Below are positions 1 to 8,234 of a DNA stretch of 64,000 nt, piece by piece. The notes beneath the pieces were generated by a model. It made no database searches, had not been told where the DNA came from, and saw nothing but the letters and a program-made list of their open reading frames with translations. How positions within the stretch are numbered: the first letter of the stretch is position 1; the number at the start of each line of letters is the position of its first letter. Where the stretch lies: assembly GCA_035544015.1 (NCBI GenBank), contig DATKIP010000012.1, forward strand, positions 182,393 to 246,392, read 5' to 3'. This stretch comes from Candidatus Saccharimonadia bacterium (lineage in GTDB: Bacteria; Patescibacteriota; Saccharimonadia; UBA4664). The translations under genes were made by a program, and so were the position numbers.

Positions 1-76
1 TCACACTATGCGCATCGGCCAAGCTAGCCGTCACGATCCTCAGCCCATTCTCGAGTGTCGTCTCTGCAACTTTCAT
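1..76 (-). CDS. M16 (pitrilysin-like) peptidase, N-terminal fragment running off the window edge
   Basis: ATG at 76 overlaps the dedA stop (ATGA); translation MKVAETTLENGLRIVTASLADAHSV matches the typical M16 N-terminus TLxNGLRIV. Confidence 0.7.
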   Translation of the reverse strand, partial: MKVAETTLENGLRIVTASLADAHSV

Positions 77-705
77 ACCTGCCTATCTCCCTTATCTGTC
101 TTGCCTCGCGCCCACCATCGCTGCAATGGCTCCCGAAAATGCCACAATACCACTGCCACCCCGAGCACCACCACGAAGATCGATAGCCGGCCCATTTGCT
201 GCTCGATCTGCGTCAAATTACCGCCCACCGTAAACCCTATCCACACAAACAAAGCGCTCCACACCGCCGAACCCAGCGTCGTATAGATGATAAACCGATC
301 GAGCCGCATCCCCGCAATACCCGCCGGATACGCAATCAGCCCCCGCACCACCGGCAAGCAGCGGCCGAGCATCGTCATCCAGGGGCCGTATTTCTCAAAA
401 GCCGCGTGTGTCCGCGCCAAATCACGCTTCGAAATCAGCACATACTTGCCGTACCGCTCCAGCAACGGCAACCCGCCGTACCGGCCCAACGCATAACCAA
501 TCAGCCCTCCCGCCAGCTGGGCCAGCGTGCCAATCGTAAACACCGCCCACACATTAAACCGGCCCGAAGCCGATAACGTGCCACCGAGCACCAACAGCAC
601 CTCTGAGGGCAACGGCACGCCAAAGCTATCGAGCACCAAGCCCGCCGCCAGGCCGCCATAGCCCAGCTGCGAAAGCAAATCTATTGCGATTTGAGTCAAA
701 TGCAT
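73..705 (-). CDS. dedA: DedA family membrane protein
   Basis: PLPSE motif, GYxLGRYGG, GRCLPVVRGLIAYPAG, hydrophobic helices. Confidence 0.93.
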   Translation of the reverse strand: MHLTQIAIDLLSQLGYGGLAAGLVLDSFGVPLPSEVLLVLGGTLSASGRFNVWAVFTIGTLAQLAGGLIGYALGRYGGLPLLERYGKYVLISKRDLARTHAAFEKYGPWMTMLGRCLPVVRGLIAYPAGIAGMRLDRFIIYTTLGSAVWSALFVWIGFTVGGNLTQIEQQMGRLSIFVVVLGVAVVLWHFREPLQRWWARGKTDKGDRQV

Positions 706-2607
706 CTACCGCATTATAAGGGTCTCAACCTGATGTTTCAAAGCCCGCCCCCGCAAACTCTGCGGATCAAGCTTGAGCGCCCGGTCGGCCGCTGCCCCAG
801 CGCGGTCCAAATCCCCCTGGCCGAGGTACACATTACCCCGGAGCGCCTCCAGATTGGCCAAGGTCGGCGCCACCGTCTCGTCCGAGCCACGATTGCTCAC
901 CACCTCGGGCGGATACTGCGCCAGCATGGCCTCCGCCACCTGCAGCGCCTCCGCCGGCTGATTCTCGCGCATCAAGAGCGCCGCCAGATCGAGCGCGTAA
1001 TCCGGATGATTAAAGCGATCGAGCGCCAGCGCCCGCCGAAACGCCGCCGCCGCACCCTTCGCGTCACCCATGGCCGCCAACACCCGGCCCTCCAGCTGAT
1101 GATGCTGGCCGTCGTAGCGATCCAGCGCCTCCGCCCGCCGCGCCCGCTCCAGCGCCGCCTGGTACCCCGTCTGCCGACCTTCCGGATACAAGCTCGCCAT
1201 CGTGTACAGATTAATCCCCTCCGCGCTCACATAGTCGGGATTAAACACCCACCCCTGCTGCGCCCGAGCGAAGTCCTGCGCAGCTAGCTCGTAATCATCG
1301 TCCGCCTGCACCGCCTTGGCCCGGTTGGCCCAAGTATCGCTCAGGTACAAGTTCACCAACGGCGCCACCGCCACCAGCGCCACCAGCGGCCATTTCCAGC
1401 CAGGTCTTACCCACCTAGTTTTGCCTTGAGCGTACATCAAGCCAAAAAACACACCCACCAAACCCAGAAGGGCCGGATAACGCACATCGATATCCAAACC
1501 CATATGCATCAACAAACCCAAGGTACCCAGTGCCACCGGCACCAGCTCCGGCCGCCGCACCAGCCCCCGCAGCGAACCCAGCAGCAAGGTCAGCAACAAC
1601 CCCGCCAGCAGCATCGCCCCGGGCAACCCCAATTCCGCCAACACCTGCACGTACACGTTGTGAGCGCTGGTACTGGCGCTCACCACCCGCTGCTGGTAGC
1701 TCGGATGCACATCGCCATAGGTTCCGGCACCCACCCCGAGCACTGGGTGCTCAAACCACATATTGAGCGCGCTACTCAGAAACCGCAGCCGGTCGCTACC
1801 ACTGCTCGACTCACCCTTCACCGCCTCACTAAACCGCGATCCCGGGGCCACTTTAGCCGTATGCTGGTCCGTCAAAGTACTCACCCGAACCAACCCGTAG
1901 CTCAGTCCCACGGCGACCACCACAGTGAACACAAATTTTATCCAAAAACTCCGATTGAGCTTTACCAAAAGCAAATACAGCAGAACAACAACTATCAACA
2001 CAGCGCTCGCCGCCCGCGAATCGGTCAACAAAAAGGCTGCCAAAAACACTGCGGTCGCCGCCAACCACCCGTACAAGCCACGGCTCCGCTCCCGCCGCCG
2101 AATCTGATCAACGCCCCACACCACGGCCGGTATCAAATACGCCGCCGCTGGGTTAGCCCAGTAAAACGTACCCGTGAGGCGACCATACTCACTCGTGAGA
2201 TACATCCAAATGGCCGCCAAGGCAAACACACCCGCCGAGATTACGTAGGCATTTACGAGCCATTTTCTACCCACTTCATCGCCCGATATACTATAAGCGA
2301 GGCGAAAAGCCAGCGCCGCCATTACCCACTGAACCACCCACACCGCCGTCGAATACCGATTGGCCGTCCAAAGCAAAGACAATAATGCCAAGCCGATGAG
2401 CAGGCCAAACACCACCACCAAGGGCCCGCGCTTGAGCAGCCGCGTTTCCGCCTGACGACCCACAAGGAGCGCCCCCAACAGCAATGCAAAGCCACTAATG
2501 AGCATTGCCAGCGGCTCCTGCCCCCCACTCAGCCACGGCGCCACCGCAATCGCCAGGCACACCACCACCGCCTTCACAATCACCGGCCTCATCACCACAG
2601 TATCCAT
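706..2607 (-). CDS. O-antigen ligase (Wzy_C)-like membrane protein with C-terminal TPRs
   Basis: Multiple TM helices, RLTGTF..AN, SR, GVGAG, AHNxYVQxLAELG motif, TPR-like C-terminus; start moved to ATG 2607 (TACAAT 6 nt upstream). Confidence 0.85.
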   Translation of the reverse strand: MDTVVMRPVIVKAVVVCLAIAVAPWLSGGQEPLAMLISGFALLLGALLVGRQAETRLLKRGPLVVVFGLLIGLALLSLLWTANRYSTAVWVVQWVMAALAFRLAYSISGDEVGRKWLVNAYVISAGVFALAAIWMYLTSEYGRLTGTFYWANPAAAYLIPAVVWGVDQIRRRERSRGLYGWLAATAVFLAAFLLTDSRAASAVLIVVVLLYLLLVKLNRSFWIKFVFTVVVAVGLSYGLVRVSTLTDQHTAKVAPGSRFSEAVKGESSSGSDRLRFLSSALNMWFEHPVLGVGAGTYGDVHPSYQQRVVSASTSAHNVYVQVLAELGLPGAMLLAGLLLTLLLGSLRGLVRRPELVPVALGTLGLLMHMGLDIDVRYPALLGLVGVFFGLMYAQGKTRWVRPGWKWPLVALVAVAPLVNLYLSDTWANRAKAVQADDDYELAAQDFARAQQGWVFNPDYVSAEGINLYTMASLYPEGRQTGYQAALERARRAEALDRYDGQHHQLEGRVLAAMGDAKGAAAAFRRALALDRFNHPDYALDLAALLMRENQPAEALQVAEAMLAQYPPEVVSNRGSDETVAPTLANLEALRGNVYLGQGDLDRAGAAADRALKLDPQSLRGRALKHQVETLIMR

Positions 2608-2671
2608 AACCCGATTGTACTCTACCTCGGACCTACCCACCCTTCTCCCGACCCACGGAGACCACTATTTC

Positions 2672-2718
2672 CGAAATTACTACCTTTTTGGATAGTACCT
2701 AAAAAGGTAGTAATTTCG
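2672..2718. repeat. Perfect 18-bp inverted repeat with 11-nt spacer upstream of xer
   Basis: cgaaattactaccttttt (2672-2689) / aaaaaggtagtaatttcg (2701-2718). Confidence 0.9.
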
Positions 2719-2777
2719 ATAAAACCACCTTGCCGAACAGGCCCTGAAAAAACTGGGTGCCGTGTTATCCTGAAAGC

Positions 2778-3707
2778 ATGGCCGAACTCCACCTCTCCGA
2801 ACTCGTAAACGACTTTCTCGAGCACCTCGAGATCGAGCAAAACCGCTCGCAAAAAACCATTAGCAATTACGACCATTATCTCCAGCGCCTCGTCGAATTC
2901 GCCGACGACTGTGATATCGCTAGGCTCGACGCCGAAATGGTCCGCCAATGGCGCCTCCACCTCAACCGCACCAAGGACATCACCGGCCACGAACTCACGA
3001 AAACCACCCAAAATTACCACCTCATAGCGCTCCGCAGCTTCCTCAAATACCTCGCCAAGCGCGACATCAAAGCCCTCGACAGCGCCAAAATCGAGCTCGC
3101 CAAGGTCACCCGGCCCAAAGTCACCTTTCTCGAAACCGACGAGGTCGACCGCCTGCTCGCAGCCATCGACACCTCCAATCCCGTGGGCCTGCGCGACCGC
3201 GCCGTCATCGAGCTGCTTTTTAGCGGCGGCCTCCGCGTCAGCGAGCTCGTCGACCTCAACACCGACCACATCAACCTCGAACGCCGCGAGTTTATGGTTC
3301 GCGGCAAAGGCCAAAAAGACCGCCCCATCTTCATCTCACCCCAAGCCGCCGATTGGATCAGCCGCTACCTCGAGAGCCGGCGCGACGCCTTCAAGCCGCT
3401 ATTCATCCACTACTCCGGCTCCCAGGACGGCACCGAAGCCGGCTACACCCGCCTCACCGTCCGCAGCGTGCAACGCCTCGTGAAACGCTACGCCCAGGCG
3501 GCCGGCATCACCAAAGACGTCACGCCCCACACCCTGCGCCACAGCTTCGCCACCGACCTGCTCATCAACGGCGCCGACATCCGCAGCGTGCAAGGCCTGC
3601 TCGGCCACGCCAACATTGCCACCACCCAGATCTACACCCACATCACCGATCCGCAACTCAAAGCCGTCCACGAGAAATTCCACAGCCGCAAACCCCCGGC
3701 CGAGTAA
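2778..3707 (+). CDS. Xer-type tyrosine recombinase (XerC/XerD-like)
   Basis: [34 protein letters not shown] catalytic motifs; ATG 2778 with TATCCT 6 nt upstream. Confidence 0.93.
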   Translation: MAELHLSELVNDFLEHLEIEQNRSQKTISNYDHYLQRLVEFADDCDIARLDAEMVRQWRLHLNRTKDITGHELTKTTQNYHLIALRSFLKYLAKRDIKALDSAKIELAKVTRPKVTFLETDEVDRLLAAIDTSNPVGLRDRAVIELLFSGGLRVSELVDLNTDHINLERREFMVRGKGQKDRPIFISPQAADWISRYLESRRDAFKPLFIHYSGSQDGTEAGYTRLTVRSVQRLVKRYAQAAGITKDVTPHTLRHSFATDLLINGADIRSVQGLLGHANIATTQIYTHITDPQLKAVHEKFHSRKPPAE

Positions 3708-4760
3708 TCAGCAGGCCGGCGGCGCCGACGGCACGTTGTCGATCACATCAAAGTTTTTGCACACATCCGTATCCGAATAAATCACAAAGTTGAGCATCGA
3801 AGCCGCACTTTTATTGAGCGGCAGCTTGGAAATCACCCGCCGGAACGTCTGACCCGCCCGCGCCGTCACATCAATCGTGGCCGTACCGTCCGGCACCGTC
3901 ACCGTAGCGCCCGTGCCATTCGGACCCGAACGGAATGTCATGCGATACGACGATGCCGCATACCGCGACCTCAGCCGAAACAAATAATTTTTGGCGGCGC
4001 TGAGCCCCGTCAGTACCGCGTAGCAATTATAGCCCGTGAGCGTCAAGCCGCCGGGGCTATAGGTGCGCCCCAGGTTGCCGCAATTGCCGTTCCACGGGCC
4101 ATGCCCCAGCAACGTGCCGTAAGCCACCGTGCTGACCGCCCCACCCTCGGGCACCAACACCAGATTCTGCAGCAGCGCCTGGCATCCCGCCGGCACTCCC
4201 GGCCGCGTACACACTTGGTTTGACCCAAACCCACCCGACGGATACTCCAGCACCGCTAGTTCGAGCGGCGGATCAAACGGCGAAGAAGCATACGCGGCCG
4301 CCGTGGGGAACGTGCCGCCCAACAGGGCCGGCCGATTATGGAACGCCGCCGCAATGTTGGTCGATTGATTCCACTCAATGATTACGCTCTGGTATGGCAC
4401 ATTGAGCGGATCCACCGTTTTGGCCGAATCCGGGTGATCAAGCTTACCCGTCGGATTGCCCGAAAAGCTCACGTACTGGCAGGTCCACTCGGCTGCGCCG
4501 CTCGCATCAAATCCCGTCGAAGCGTTGCAGGTGTTGTCGCCCACGCCCTGAGCAATCGTCTTGCTGAGCACCTTGCTCACCGCATCTTCCACGCCCGCTT
4601 CCGCCGAGTAATAGGCCCGCAGCGTCTGCTCCGAATCCTCAGCCTTGCGCAGCTGCAGCGACTGCAGCGACGCCATACTAATCGTGATCACGAGCAGCAG
4701 CAAGCTCAGCATGATGCAGGTTAATAGCGACACAAAGCCATTTTCAGATTGTTTTATCAT
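3708..4760 (-). CDS. PilX-like minor pilin
   Basis: G|FVSLL prepilin-like N-terminus lacking E5, AYYSAEAGVE PilX motif; ATG 4760 overlaps upstream stop (ATGA). Confidence 0.8.
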   Translation of the reverse strand: MIKQSENGFVSLLTCIMLSLLLLVITISMASLQSLQLRKAEDSEQTLRAYYSAEAGVEDAVSKVLSKTIAQGVGDNTCNASTGFDASGAAEWTCQYVSFSGNPTGKLDHPDSAKTVDPLNVPYQSVIIEWNQSTNIAAAFHNRPALLGGTFPTAAAYASSPFDPPLELAVLEYPSGGFGSNQVCTRPGVPAGCQALLQNLVLVPEGGAVSTVAYGTLLGHGPWNGNCGNLGRTYSPGGLTLTGYNCYAVLTGLSAAKNYLFRLRSRYAASSYRMTFRSGPNGTGATVTVPDGTATIDVTARAGQTFRRVISKLPLNKSAASMLNFVIYSDTDVCKNFDVIDNVPSAPPAC

Positions 4761-5329
4761 CGCGGCACCGCCCCCGAGGTTAAGGTTACGACTGAGCAAA
4801 ATGTCCGGTCTTGATTGGTATTGTTGCAGGCCAGCGCCGCTCCGGCACCCGCGGTGGTGCCATTGCGGCTGCCAAGGGTTACCGTCAGCTTAATCTCGGG
4901 CTTCACCACCTCCGGCCCCGATGACTCCACCGTGGCCACAAAGTTCGTCACCTGCACCACATCATTGGTGATCGCTACCGGATTTATCCGCGGCGTGGTG
5001 CAATTATCCGACCGCGTCAACACCCCCGCGTTCAAATAATACCCCCGCAGCGTTCCGCCGAGCTGGCTCAGGCACAACGTCCCCGACGGCCCAGCTCCCG
5101 GCGCGCCCACCACGCCGGCACTATCGCGCACCGAGCGCACCAGCTCAGCCATGGCCGTGCGAGCGTTGTCCTGCGCCACGTTCGACGCCAGCGCCTGATT
5201 GTGCAGATGCACGATATTGATGAACCCCGATACCACTATAAGCAGCATGAAGCCAAAAACCGCCATTGCCACCAAGAGCTCAACGAGCGTAAACCCCCGC
5301 TGCTGCGCCACCTGCCGCCTCATAGACAT
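4757..5329 (-). CDS. PilW-like minor pilin
   Basis: G|FTLVELLV class III signal. Confidence 0.85.
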   Translation of the reverse strand: MSMRRQVAQQRGFTLVELLVAMAVFGFMLLIVVSGFINIVHLHNQALASNVAQDNARTAMAELVRSVRDSAGVVGAPGAGPSGTLCLSQLGGTLRGYYLNAGVLTRSDNCTTPRINPVAITNDVVQVTNFVATVESSGPEVVKPEIKLTVTLGSRNGTTAGAGAALACNNTNQDRTFCSVVTLTSGAVPR

Positions 5330-5919
5330 GTCCCCGGACCCACCGCCGGCAGCACGTATTTCAAATTCGCCAACCGCGTACGGATGTGGTTTTGGGCCGG
5401 CACGCCCCCGCCGAGCGTCTGGAAGCTATAGTGCAGCTCAAAGTCATAGTTGCACGGCCGCGCTGTGATCGCCGCCGCCGAATTGTCGGCCCAAATCTCA
5501 ATAGTCGAAGTAGGCACCGAACCCACCGTAGAACCCGTCACCGGCACAAATTCCGTATTTGCCCCCACTGCCTGCGTCTCCATGTGGAAGCAGTGCTTGG
5601 TAGCGTCAAATCGGCACGGTGTTACCGGCACGTTGTCTACCCCCGGGTACGATGCACCCACACCCACCCGAAACTCATCCCAGGTATGGTTGTCGCGAAA
5701 GCTCCGCAGCGCCTCCATTTGGCGCTGGGCCTCATTCGACACCTGCGTGCGCTCCCGGGCCGTCTGGCCGGTGCGGAAGGCGCTCGTGGCCACCAGCGTC
5801 GCGCCCAGCAGCACAAACGCCAAAATCGCCAGCGCGATCACCACCTCCACCAGCGTGTCGCCTCGCTCGCGCCCTGTCTTGACCCCCGTCAGCCTCATCC
5901 CAAACCGCTTTATAACCAT
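5320..5919 (-). CDS. PilV-like minor pilin
   Basis: G|DTLVEVVIA class III signal; start at ATG 5919 below an extended -10. Confidence 0.8.
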   Translation of the reverse strand: MVIKRFGMRLTGVKTGRERGDTLVEVVIALAILAFVLLGATLVATSAFRTGQTARERTQVSNEAQRQMEALRSFRDNHTWDEFRVGVGASYPGVDNVPVTPCRFDATKHCFHMETQAVGANTEFVPVTGSTVGSVPTSTIEIWADNSAAAITARPCNYDFELHYSFQTLGGGVPAQNHIRTRLANLKYVLPAVGPGTCL

Positions 5920-5950
5920 AAGTACCTTCAATATAGCACGCCCAGCCGCG

Positions 5951-6613
5951 CTAGTTGAGCCGTTTCGCCAGCCCACTCACATCAATCAACACCGACGACT
6001 GATGGCCGTCCGGATCGCTGAGCGTGATGGTGAGCCCCGGCGCCGCATTCGTCACCGCCGGCGCCACACACGTTCCGGTCCGAAAACTCGCCGCCACCGT
6101 CGCCACCGCGCCCGTACCCCGGCAAATATTGAGCCCACCGGCGTCGTCGCGCACAAACAGCACCCGCCGCATCTGCCCCGGCGGCGGATTATTCACGCGC
6201 ATCACCGTGCCCGGCGCCACCGTCTCGGTGTTAAAAATGCACGGCGCCGCCGCCAGCCGCGAACCTGTGGCCGCATCGATCTGGGTCGCGTAAAAATCCA
6301 GCGCAAACGTCGCCGCCGGCGCGTCCACTGCGCTCCACGCCACGCCCGCAAAAATGTACTTGGCGCCGACCGGCGAGGCCCCACCCGCACAATTCACCGA
6401 GCCGTTGCCCAGGCCGCTCACCTGCACCCCCGCCGTCGCCTGGTTGTGCGCATTGGCCACGCTCGCCACCAGCTTGTCCACGCCGGCGTCAAACTGCGCC
6501 CGGCTGCGCAAGCCGCGCTGCCCAACGAGCGCAATCACCGCAATCGCCCCCGTGATCGCAATCACGATCACTATTTCCACGAGCGTAAAACCTAGCTGCT
6601 TCCGGATAGCCAT
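5951..6613 (-). CDS. FimT/GspH-like minor pilin
   Basis: G|FTLVEIVIV class III signal. Confidence 0.8.
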   Translation of the reverse strand: MAIRKQLGFTLVEIVIVIAITGAIAVIALVGQRGLRSRAQFDAGVDKLVASVANAHNQATAGVQVSGLGNGSVNCAGGASPVGAKYIFAGVAWSAVDAPAATFALDFYATQIDAATGSRLAAAPCIFNTETVAPGTVMRVNNPPPGQMRRVLFVRDDAGGLNICRGTGAVATVAASFRTGTCVAPAVTNAAPGLTITLSDPDGHQSSVLIDVSGLAKRLN

Positions 6614-6650
6614 AAGTGCTTTGATTGTAGCACGCGCCGAGGCGGCGAGC

Positions 6651-7481
6651 TCACCCCAACCCGTTCAGCCGCAAATACCACGCCACAATCTCCCGCCCCC
6701 ACAAAAACGCCACGATCGTCCCGCCTACTAGGTACGGCCCGAACGGAATGTGGTCGTGCCGCCCCCGCCGGCGCGACGCAATCATCGCCACCCCCACGGC
6801 CGCCGCCACATTAAACGCCACCAACATCGCCACCGCCGTACCCTGCGCCCCCAGCACCAGCCCCATCGCAAACGCCAGCTTGATGTCCCCGCCGCCCATC
6901 GCCCGCCCCTTGGTGGCCCACACCAACGCGTAGAACGCCCCGCCGGCTACCAATGCCGCCGCTAGCGCCCCCCACAGCACCTGCGGACTGTGCGTCGCCA
7001 CCGCCATCGTCGCCGCATACACCACGCCTACCGCCATCAGCGGCAGCATCACTTTATCGGGCAAAATCATCCACCGCGCATCATACACCGCTAGCACAAT
7101 CAGCATTGTGGCTAGCACCAGCCAAAATCCCAACCGCACCCAATCCACTGCCCCCACCGGCGCCAGCGCGTACGCGGAGAGGCCAAACACCAGCGCCGTC
7201 ACGAGCTCCACCACCGGATGGTCCTTGATGGGCTGCCGGCAGTACCGGCACTTACCCCCCAGCGCGAGCCACGACAGCACCGGCACGAGGTCCTTCGGCG
7301 CCAGCACATGCCCACAATCCGGACACGCACTCCGCCCCCGCACCCAGCTCTTGCCCACCTTGAGCCGCCACACCATCGCATTAATCGCCGAGCCAAAAAT
7401 CAGACCGAGTATCACCCCCGCCGCCGCCAACCCCACCGCCATCTCCGAATCCACCACCATACCACCCGTCTGCGCAATCAT
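6651..7481 (-). CDS. pilD: Prepilin peptidase (A24)
   Basis: RSACPDC...GKCRYC Zn motifs, YD and GGGD aspartate motifs, IPFGPY. Confidence 0.95.
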   Translation of the reverse strand: MIAQTGGMVVDSEMAVGLAAAGVILGLIFGSAINAMVWRLKVGKSWVRGRSACPDCGHVLAPKDLVPVLSWLALGGKCRYCRQPIKDHPVVELVTALVFGLSAYALAPVGAVDWVRLGFWLVLATMLIVLAVYDARWMILPDKVMLPLMAVGVVYAATMAVATHSPQVLWGALAAALVAGGAFYALVWATKGRAMGGGDIKLAFAMGLVLGAQGTAVAMLVAFNVAAAVGVAMIASRRRGRHDHIPFGPYLVGGTIVAFLWGREIVAWYLRLNGLG

Positions 7482-7495
7482 AACCGGATTATACA

Positions 7496-7527
7496 CGCAA
7501 AAAGAGGCCCGAAGGCCTCTTTTTGCG
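7496..7527 (-). terminator. Intrinsic (bidirectional) terminator after the major pilin
   Basis: cgcaaaaagaggcc-cgaa-ggcctctttttgcg. Confidence 0.9.
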
Positions 7528-7542
7528 AACTACGCCAGCAGA

Positions 7543-8007
7543 CTACTTAGTGTCACGGCAGATCGAGCCCTGCTCAAGACCCATGGATACACTATACGTG
7601 CGACCAGTGGTCCCATCACAAGATGTACCATAGCGATAAGTCACCGCACCCTGCGCCGGGTTAGCACTGAACGCACCACCGTTAGTGTAGGCAGCGCCCG
7701 TAGTGGGATCGTTAAAGTTACCACCGGTAATGTAGCTACTACCCCAAAACGCGGTCCAGTCCGGAACGGTAGCAGTACAACCACCAGCACTGGCAGAACC
7801 CGGGTAACAACCATTGTAGTTACCAGCAAAACTCTCCAGCTGAGCCGCGATACGGCTCAAGTCGTTCTTGCGCTGCGAGTCACGCCGACTCTTCTGCGCC
7901 CCGGACACCGCCAAGAAGACAATCACGAGCAGAAGACCCGCAATGGCCAAGACGAGGACGATTTCGATAAGGGTAAACCCCTTCTCTTTCTTTAGGAGAT
8001 TACTCAC
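7543..8007 (-). CDS. pilA: Type IV major pilin
   Basis: KG|FTLIEIVLV, 154 aa, own promoter (TTGACA-18-CATACT), SD and terminator. Confidence 0.88.
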   Translation of the reverse strand: MSNLLKKEKGFTLIEIVLVLAIAGLLLVIVFLAVSGAQKSRRDSQRKNDLSRIAAQLESFAGNYNGCYPGSASAGGCTATVPDWTAFWGSSYITGGNFNDPTTGAAYTNGGAFSANPAQGAVTYRYGTSCDGTTGRTYSVSMGLEQGSICRDTK

Positions 8008-8150
8008 CTATACTCACCTTTCAATTAATTTAATGAGTTGAATCATTACAACTTGGCTTGAGTATGCCACTTATGCTTAAAGCTTGTCAACTGAGTGTCC
8101 TGGCTGACCACTTCGGCTCCATCTAGCACAAAATCGCCGCCGGAAAACCG

Positions 8151-8181
8151 TTGACACGTACCCCCCTCGGTGTCGTATGCT
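8151..8181 (+). promoter_or_regulatory. sigma70-type promoter of the TolB/SGNH gene
   Basis: TTGACA (8151) 19 bp TATGCT (8176); spacer longer than optimal. Confidence 0.55.
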
Positions 8182-8234
8182 CTCCAGGCTGGACGGCACC
8201 CGCCATCTAGTTCCTTGAGAGAAACGGAGATACC

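Noticed and set aside
2778-3707. Phage or integron integrase marking an island
   Set aside because: Length and motifs fit a housekeeping Xer; no integron-integrase insertion, att repeats, tRNA or phage genes nearby.
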